Part shown: positions 56,965 through 64,000 of the stretch, piece after piece
How the letters are laid out: every line of letters begins with the position of its first letter
How positions within the stretch are numbered: position 1 is the first letter of the stretch
DNA from: Naegleria gruberi
Taxonomy: Eukaryota
Direction: 5' to 3' (one strand)
Length of the DNA stretch: 64,000 nt
NCBI GenBank assembly: GCA_000004985.1
Contig: GG738889.1
Notes under the pieces: generated by a model
What the model was told of the DNA's origin: nothing
The model's database searches: none
The model's input: only the letters and a program-made list of their open reading frames with translations
Translations under genes and position numbers: made by a program

Positions 56965-57124
56965 TTTTTTTGAGTTTTTTCGTGTTTTTTTTATAATTGA
57001 TTTCTAAATGGATGTGAATTCTTGAATCAATGATGGATGGAGTGTTTCACATGAAGAATTGACAAGATTGATGCAACACAAGGAAGGAATTTAATTATAT
57101 GCATGTTTTTTTTGGAGAGAGGGC

Positions 57125-57673
57125 CTAAGCATATTGGTAATAACCATTCATTTCTATCATTTTCGTCTCTTCTTCATTAGAGTGCTTGTTGTATCGAATT
57201 GTTTGAGCTATTAAGATGGTAACAAGTCCAACCATAGAAATGCACAGCACTGAAACCACTATTGCAAGAATAGTGATTGCTATATCTTGACCTTGGTCAC
57301 TGGATATATGGACTGAATCACTTGGTTTTGGATGATAGTTGGTTCTGGTCTTGGAGGAGTTGGAGTTGGAGGAGTAAGAACTTTGGCAACAATCAACAAG
57401 TCATACCTTTCAATTAGAATAGTTTCTGAACATTTAAGAGTGATAATTGTTCCATTCTTAATGTCCTTAATTCCATAAATAACTCTATCAGATAGAATGT
57501 AGACACATTGAAGTGATGAAATGTCAGATATCGTATTTCCATTCATGTCTCTCAACTGATCAGTGAATGTGAAAGTTCTATCTGTAAGAATGTCAGATTT
57601 AACTGTTTGTACAATGGAAAAACCTTTAACCTTTTGAAAACCTTCCAACAGAGTTGAATCATGATTTCTTTAT
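57125..57673 (-). CDS. Fragment of a type-I membrane protein (beta-rich ectodomain, Thr/Pro stalk, TM, short tail); 5' part lost in the assembly gap; apparent frameshift between stalk and TM
   Basis: Track ORF 57280..57648 (...TPPTPTPPRPEPT...) runs into the gap. The TM + tail (IAITILAIVVSVLCISMVGLVTILIA QTIRYNKHSNEEETKMIEMNGYYQYA*) continues in another frame down to the TAG at 57125-57127. Confidence 0.35.
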
Positions 57674-57723
57674 NNNNNNNNNNNNNNNNNNNNNNNNNNN
57701 NNNNNNNNNNNNNNNNNNNNNNN
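57674..57723. other. Assembly gap (50 N)
   Basis: Run of 50 n characters, i.e. a scaffold join of unknown true length. Confidence 0.95.
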
Positions 57724-57936
57724 TTGTCATTACCTCTCCTCTCACAGCATGCATGATGCAGTGAATTGTTAAGAGTGCCAATGAGCACCACTACACGTTT
57801 AAGGATGCCCACTGCTATTGAAAATAACAACAATAGGAGTTTGAATAATGATCGTTACAAGATGGAAGAATGTGTTATTATACTTTCATTCTTTGAAAGC
57901 AAGGAATTCAGTTTATTACAATATTATACACTAACT

Positions 57937-59830
57937 TTACAATTTTGCATTCTTTTCAACAAATTCCTTAACGTGTTCTCTTGGAGTGAAATAGAGTGGA
58001 TTTTTCTTCGAGTCAATATACAGCAATGACTGATCGAAAGAAGTTGGAGGAAGAACTTCTGGATTTTCATGAGATAATTTGAAATGTCTGACAGCATTAA
58101 TAATACCAAAGTAGAGTTCAGTACTTGCAATACGTGATCCTGGACATTTACGAGCTCCAACTCCAAATCTAAGTATTGTAAACATTCAAATGGTCAATTA
58201 GGATGAAATTTTGCAAAAAAACTTACGGAATGGAAACAAAATTATTGACAGGTGCCAAAGGAGATCCCTTTTCATGACGTTCTGGAATGAATTCTTCACC
58301 ACGTGGAACATATTCATCCTTCATTGTGGCCCATCTTTGCATGGCAATGATAATTGTATCTTTTGGAACTGTATATCCACCAATTTCTGTATCTTGGCTC
58401 AATTGTCTTCCCATAGTGAGATAGGAGAAGGAATTTAATCTCAAAACTTCTTCAACAAAGTTTTTAGTGAGCTTGAGCTTTTTGTAATGTTCCTTTGCTA
58501 TTACAAGTCCATTTTCTGAAGTCATTTCTTCAATGGTTGGTTCACCGAAAATTTCAACACTTTCCTTATAAATCTTTTCCTGATATTCTGGATGGTGAGC
58601 AAGTCTGTACAAGCAGTGACCTTTACAATTGGTCAATTGGGACATGAGTTGTGAAAAACTTACATAAAATTCTTACTGTAATATCAATGCCAGCTTGTAA
58701 AAAGTTAATCATGACACTTTCAATTCTGGCATTTGCTTGATCTTGATCTTTAGCTCTATTTTCCAATAATTCCAATAATCTTTCCTTTTCGGATGGATTA
58801 GTTTTGAATCTCTGAATGCAATATCTTGCAAATTCGTATGATTTATCATAATATGTTTCAAATTCCTTAAATTCCTTGGTTTTGTAAAGTCTGTAGAATG
58901 GTGGTTTGTGATCCAACATGATTGCCATATCGAGAACAGAAACTGAATATTTCACAAAGTCACGAATTTCAAATGGAAGAGATTTTGCAATGTCATCAGT
59001 CATTTTCACACCCTATTTCATTAAATTACACAATTTCATTAAATTTCAATCGGTCAACTAGAAAAACTTACAAGGAAAACCTTCAAAACAGCATCAAAAG
59101 CATATCTTGAAGTAGTGTCAACAGTATTAAGCAATTGATACTTGTCACTTTGAGGAACATGTTTCATATTAGCAACAAGTCTTCTCAAAAATTCACCATT
59201 CAATTCAGTCAACTGTGGAATTGTAATATTTTCTTGGAATTCAGGTCTCATGGCAATATTAAACAATTGACGAATTGAATTCCAATCTTCATCAAGTCTC
59301 AACTCAACTGGAGAAAGTACCAAACCTCTTGGTTCTTTATAATATCTAGTACTTTCCAATAACTTTCTTCTATCTTCCTTTTTAAACAATTCAGATAACA
59401 CATATGGATTAGCAATAATCAACATGTTAGTTCCAAACACAGTCAACTTGACTAAATCTCCATATGTATCACACAGGGAAAGAAAATACCCAGAAGGATT
59501 GAATGCATTCTTCTTAATGTCAATTAAATTGCCGATCAGTGGCCATGGCTTTGGTCCAGGAACTTGATTCCAAGGTTTGATTTCCTTTATAGTATTGGCA
59601 ACGTTTTGATGATAGGGACAACCAGCTGTTTGATTTGTTGAATTGTCAGTTTCGACTGTTTGTGCAAGTGTCGAATTTTCCTTGTTATTCGATGTGAAAT
59701 GTCTTGTTTGAGTGGTGGCAGATGAGATCAATGATTGTGAATTTTTAATAACTGCATTACTACTACTACGTAATAATAAACAACATGTGTTTGAGGTGGA
59801 AGTTGTTCTTGTCAAGAGTTTGGAAAACAT
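57937..59830 (-). CDS. Cytochrome P450 with mitochondrial presequence (mitochondrial-clan-like), 577 aa, 4 exons: complement(join(57937..58168,58227..58620,58664..59012,59072..59830))
   Basis: Ser/Thr/Arg-rich presequence with no TM anchor, then VPGPKPWPLIGNL. I-helix AGIDITVRIL|C|HCLYRLAHHPE rebuilt across a 43-nt GTAAGT..AAG intron. Heme loop P|FGVGARKCPGSRIASTEL rebuilt across a 58-nt GTAAGT..TTAG intron. First intron is 59 nt (GTAAGT..ATAG). All exon phases are consistent and the total is 1734 nt. Confidence 0.85.
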
Positions 59831-60484
59831 TTTTTTTTTAGTAGGAAATTAGAGACGGACGGGGAATATATGTGTGATATTATTTGAGATAGTAGATGGA
59901 ATGTGATGATGATGCGATTAGAGCGAAGAGGAGGAAGAGGAAATGCGATACGTCTTTGCACAAGTTACAAAATAGTTGTAAAGTTTCGGATATCAGTTTC
60001 AGAATTTTCAAAGATCAATTATGAAAGTTACTTCAAACTGATTGCACACTTTCAATTATTGTATACTACTTGGGTGTAAATGGGTGGTTAGGGTAAATAG
60101 TTTCATTATTCTTTAGTTGCTTTCCTTGTGAAATTCTGAGTCACTAACTTTTCACAAATACGAGGAAGAGTTTTTTCGAACTTTTTGAATAGATGTGTGG
60201 AAAGAAGGTTTACTTTCGAATTATACGAATTTTTAGTTCTTCATCTGGTGTTATTCGTGCAGTTTCTTCTGTAGCTGGTGTTGGAAAGGTTTCGTTTAGT
60301 TTGATTTTGGTCTTGTTTGTTATTTGGCTTGTCATTGTGATGTTTTAAACAATTAAAGATGAAAATTAAGAAATATTAGAACTTGTTTTTGTAATATATC
60401 TCTCAATTAGGACATTATAATATTATTCTATCCGAATCATCACAAGATTCTAATAATAACAACAGATATTATTAAAAAAATTAC

Positions 60485-61828
60485 ATGATTAAAGCTTCTT
60501 TGAAACAGTTAATATTCAAAGCAACAAAACCTCATCATCTATTAATCAATATTTTTCATCATCCGAAAGTAAACTATTCTTTAAACTATTCTAAAATGTC
60601 TTCCGAACAAACTTCCGAATTGAAAAAGTCCATCGAGAAAATTAACGAAGAAATTTTGAAAATTGAAAAAGACTACCAAGAACAAGGTGATTCGAATAAA
60701 GTCAAACTAGTCTCTGAATTATCTGAAAGTTATGTGAACAGAGCTACCTTTCACATTGCATTAGAAGATTTCAAAAGTGGAATGGACGACTTAACACAAG
60801 CTGTTTTATTCAATCCTGGTAATTCTCAAGCTTGGTTAATGAGAGCTTTGATGAATTTTGAAAAATTTGGAAATTTACAAAAATCCTTGGAAGATTACAA
60901 TAAGGGAATTGAATTGGATTCAACAAATGTTGTTGCACTCAATAATAGATGTAAAATTTATTTGGAATTGAAAGAGTTTGATAAGGTTTTGAAGGATTCA
61001 TCTCTTGTTATTGATTTGTTGAAATTGGAGGGAGAATTGGGAGCTACTGTTGAGAATGGTCAATTGGCATATGATCCAAATGAAATGTTCATCAAGGCAC
61101 ATATGAATAGAGTTATTGCATTGATGGGAAAGGGTGAATTTGAAAAGGGATTGAGTGATTTGAGTGAATTAATTAAGAGAATTCCAAAGGATAAATTACC
61201 AAAGGAATTGGCAAATGTTTATGTGTATAGAGGATCTCTGTATGAACAATTATCTCAACCAGAGAAGGCCCTTGATGATTTTAATAATGCCATCAAGATT
61301 GATGCATCAAATGGAGATGCATGGAGTTCCAGAGCTTTTAGTTATATTGAAAAGGAGGAATATGGAAAAGCAGTGAATGATTTTTCAAAGCTAATTGAAA
61401 TTGATCCAACCAATGAGTCAAGTTATAGAAAGAGAGGAAATGTTTACATGGTTATGGAAAAATTCGAAGAAGCATTGAAAGATATCAATAAGAGTATTGA
61501 ACTCACTTCATCCGATGAGAAGCTCAAGTCAGCCCTTGAAGAATCACTCAAAGTAAGAGGTGCCATCTATCAAAATCTTGGAGAATTCTCAAAAGCTATT
61601 GAAGATTTCCAAAGAGCCATCGAACTCGAACCAAACAATTATGATGTCCTGATTAGCATTGGAAATTTATATTTGAATGAGGAAAATTTCAATCAAGCTC
61701 TTGAATACTATGAAAAAGCTCAAACTTTGCAACCATCTGAAGAATTATCCAAATTAATTGAAAAGATTAAGAGTGGAGAGCTCAACCAAGAACAACCCAA
61801 TTCTGGCTCAAATTGCATCATTAATTAA
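60485..61828 (+). CDS. Tetratricopeptide-repeat (TPR) protein, 447 aa (alternative start at ~60596)
   Basis: About 9 TPR units (e.g. AWLMRALMNFEKFGNLQKSLEDYNKGIELD; GEFSKAIEDFQRAIELEPNNYDVLISIGNLY). Confidence 0.65.
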   Translation: MIKASLKQLIFKATKPHHLLINIFHHPKVNYSLNYSKMSSEQTSELKKSIEKINEEILKIEKDYQEQGDSNKVKLVSELSESYVNRATFHIALEDFKSGMDDLTQAVLFNPGNSQAWLMRALMNFEKFGNLQKSLEDYNKGIELDSTNVVALNNRCKIYLELKEFDKVLKDSSLVIDLLKLEGELGATVENGQLAYDPNEMFIKAHMNRVIALMGKGEFEKGLSDLSELIKRIPKDKLPKELANVYVYRGSLYEQLSQPEKALDDFNNAIKIDASNGDAWSSRAFSYIEKEEYGKAVNDFSKLIEIDPTNESSYRKRGNVYMVMEKFEEALKDINKSIELTSSDEKLKSALEESLKVRGAIYQNLGEFSKAIEDFQRAIELEPNNYDVLISIGNLYLNEENFNQALEYYEKAQTLQPSEELSKLIEKIKSGELNQEQPNSGSNCIIN

Positions 61829-61987
61829 CACAAAATGAGATGAAACTCTATAAGAATCTCCACAATTTCCATATTCTCACCATGTAAATAAACAAATTTT
61901 TCCATCATTTTCTTATCTAGATTACAATAATGCAAACAACATTACTTCGGATAAATCGCATAATTAAAGATTCTTCATCAGAAAAAA

Positions 61988-63331
61988 ATGTTTAAATTGC
62001 TTCCTACTGTTTCCATCACACGATTCTCTTCCAATCATCATCAACAAACAGGTTGTGTTTTAAAGAAGGGAATTTTCGGAACACTAAATTCATCATTAAT
62101 TGGAGGAAGAAATTACTCTTCAATAATTCATGAAACGAAGGAGGAAATAATCAAGCCTTTTGCTTTACCATTCTCTGTTCTGACAAAGGCTCATCCATCA
62201 TCATTGGTATCCTTCGAGAATAATATTAAACACATGAGAGGAATTAATTTGTTTTCCGATGAGAATCATAATGCCTTCACTGAGGTAATTGCTCAGGCTG
62301 GTCATCATCCAGAAAAGTTGGTAAATCATTTGCAAGTTAATAGACAAGCTCATCCATTGATTTATCCATTTAATCATTCAGAGAGAAATAATGGAAGATT
62401 GGTTGTTTGTTTATTGGGTTGGTTGGGATCGAATTGGAAACATGTTGACAAGTTTGTGAATTGGTATGATTATTGTAATATTGAAACTTTGAGTACAATT
62501 CCACCAATTTTGTCAACCATTTCACCATCTCATACTCAGACAGTTTGTGAGGAATTTGTCAGACAAATGGAAGAAAAGATTCTGAATCATGAAATGGCTG
62601 ATAATACCACAATTATTTTCCATGTTTTTAGTGGAAATGGAATTCACATGTTTTCCAGATTGTTAGAAAATGAAAAATTTGTGGATAAATTCCTTCCAAG
62701 AACGAAGGGATTTGTCGTTGATTCTGCACCACCAATGTATAATTATGAAAGATTTACCGAGGGATTTGTTGGAGCCATAAAAACAGCAATGGGATCTCGA
62801 ATGGATAGAAACAAATCTAGAAAAGAAAATGCACCATCCTCCACCGATCAGAAACTCAAAATACTCAAAGAAGAACAAGCTAAAAGCAGAGAATTTTACA
62901 AACACTGGTTATTGACACCAGTTGTCTCCTCATTTTTCAAACTCTATTTCAATATGGGAGCTCGAGAACGATTTGAAAGATTGGAACAAACTCTAGTCAA
63001 CCACACCAAATCCATTCCAAAATTATTTATTTACAGTCATGGAGATGTTCTCATTCCTCATAGTGATATTGATTTTTATCTTTCTAAACATTTTGTTGAG
63101 GAACGTTTAGAAAGATTGGCTTATCAACAAGAAAAAGGTCAATCAGGTCCTGAACATGTTTCAGATAAGGAATTTGATGAATGGATCAAGACACACCACC
63201 AATCAGAAACTCAATTTTTACTTGATGAACTCGTTTTCCATGATTCTGATCATGTTTACCATTTTAAGGAACATCCAAGAGAATATAGTGAAAGAGTTTT
63301 GCGTTTCATTCATTTGAGTTCAAAGAAATAA
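61988..63331 (+). CDS. DUF829 / TMEM53-family alpha/beta-hydrolase-fold protein with mitochondrial-type N-terminus, 447 aa
   Basis: RLVVCLLGWLGSNWKHVDKFVNWY...IIFHVFSGNGIHMF...VVDSAPP matches the TMEM53/DUF829 signature. Confidence 0.65.
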   Translation: MFKLLPTVSITRFSSNHHQQTGCVLKKGIFGTLNSSLIGGRNYSSIIHETKEEIIKPFALPFSVLTKAHPSSLVSFENNIKHMRGINLFSDENHNAFTEVIAQAGHHPEKLVNHLQVNRQAHPLIYPFNHSERNNGRLVVCLLGWLGSNWKHVDKFVNWYDYCNIETLSTIPPILSTISPSHTQTVCEEFVRQMEEKILNHEMADNTTIIFHVFSGNGIHMFSRLLENEKFVDKFLPRTKGFVVDSAPPMYNYERFTEGFVGAIKTAMGSRMDRNKSRKENAPSSTDQKLKILKEEQAKSREFYKHWLLTPVVSSFFKLYFNMGARERFERLEQTLVNHTKSIPKLFIYSHGDVLIPHSDIDFYLSKHFVEERLERLAYQQEKGQSGPEHVSDKEFDEWIKTHHQSETQFLLDELVFHDSDHVYHFKEHPREYSERVLRFIHLSSKK

Positions 63332-63512
63332 ATCATTTTCAACTTCTCAATATTATTCAGCTGACTATCTTGGTATTAAATATTGAATATTAAATATTAT
63401 TGTAAAAAAATAAGACAAATCATTACAGTTTTCCATTTCCATGCATTCCACAAAAATGGCGCGAAAAGTAAATGTGGCTCACCTTTCGTTAATAATACAA
63501 CAAGAATAAAAA

Positions 63513-64000
63513 ATGAGCAACATTGACGATTTGAGTGATGATGATATTGATGTATGTATTTTAGGTTGAAAATCTTGTTGGATTATAACCACATAATATT
63601 ATATATTTGTTTGTATTATTCATCATGTTGTGCTTTTTTGATCTATTTGGATTAATAATAATTTATAATATTAATAATATCGGATGAAATTTAATTGGTA
63701 ACGATGAATGTTTTTGCAATTTAATGATGAATCATAATTTATTAATATAGGTACCAACAACAGAAGTCCAAAAGCCAGCCGGTATTGGTTCTCTCTCTGG
63801 TCTTGGATTAGCCCTCTCGCAAACAGGAAAGACTCAAAAGGATAAAACTGAAAAGGAACTCTTGGGTGAAGAAGTCACCATCATTTTCCAACTCGAATCA
63901 AAGGGTGAATCTAAGAAGCACGTTGTCAACATGGGTCGTCCAGTAGAATGGCTCAAGTTACTCGTTGAAAGAGAATACGGAATTAGCTTTGACTCCCAAA
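63513..64000 (+). CDS. 5' part of a gene: 13-codon first exon (63513..63551), 199-nt GTATGT intron, second exon from 63751 running off the window; product unassigned (possibly a ubiquitin-like/beta-grasp domain)
   Basis: MSNIDDLSDDDID|GTATGT...TAATATAG|VPTTEVQKPAG...EEVTIIFQLESKGESKKHVVNMGRPVEWLKLLVEREYGISFDSQ is open to the window end. Codon bias is stronger (more C/G third positions) than neighbours, suggesting high expression. Confidence 0.5.

Noticed and set aside
57552-58185. Track ORFs spanning the N-gap (57552..57833) and antisense to the P450 last exon (57766..58166)
   Set aside because: The first translates poly-N as X. The others are opposite or out of frame to the P450 exon 4, whose heme-loop frame is unambiguous.
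1-64000. Prokaryotic-style features (operons, CRISPR arrays, IS elements, phage genes)
   Set aside because: None seen. GT-AG introns, Pol III genes with T-run terminators, Kozak-like A-rich start contexts and eukaryote-specific proteins throughout. No direct-repeat/spacer arrays.

Overview
This window is AT-rich (about one-third GC by eye), gene-dense eukaryotic nuclear DNA using the standard genetic code (TAA, TAG and TGA all end genes). It holds about 38 protein-coding genes, two tRNAs (one with an intron), a dispersed 5S rRNA gene and a 50-N assembly gap; there are no prokaryotic operons and no CRISPR. Genes are mostly intronless or carry 1-3 very short spliceosomal introns (39-59 nt, GTAAGT-type donors, AG or AAG acceptors); a few longer introns (about 100-200 nt, GTATGT/GTATGA donors) sit right after the ATG. 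Gene content points to a fungus, most plausibly an early-diverging lineage: a fungal-type homoaconitase (LYS4, lysine synthesis through alpha-aminoadipate), a GPI-anchored Ser/Thr-rich wall-type protein, and yeast-like codon bias (TTG, AGA, GGT, CCA, GCT). Alongside these are 'animal-like' genes largely lost from the well-studied higher fungi (Dikarya): a 2015-aa ZNFX1-type NFX1-zinc-finger helicase, a TRAF6-like RING/TRAF-zinc-finger protein, an OAS/cGAS-like nucleotidyltransferase, a mitochondrial-clan-like P450, an S28 Pro-X carboxypeptidase, XAP5/FAM50, and a REJ+GPS giant membrane protein. The exact taxon cannot be fixed from sequence alone. The six-frame track uses alternative start codons (TTG/GTG), so I re-anchored several genes to the first in-frame ATG. 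Intron coordinates were derived by hand and may be off by 1-2 nt. The most notable points are in-frame TAA stops or 1-nt frameshifts in otherwise well-conserved genes (nucleotidyltransferase, MKP phosphatase, TRAF-like E3, a gap-adjacent membrane protein); extreme compaction at convergent gene ends (stop codons 1-16 bp apart at six junctions); a diverged two-copy repeat of unknown nature in the 1.2-kb gene-poor tract next to the 5S gene; and a loose scatter of innate-immunity-type genes.
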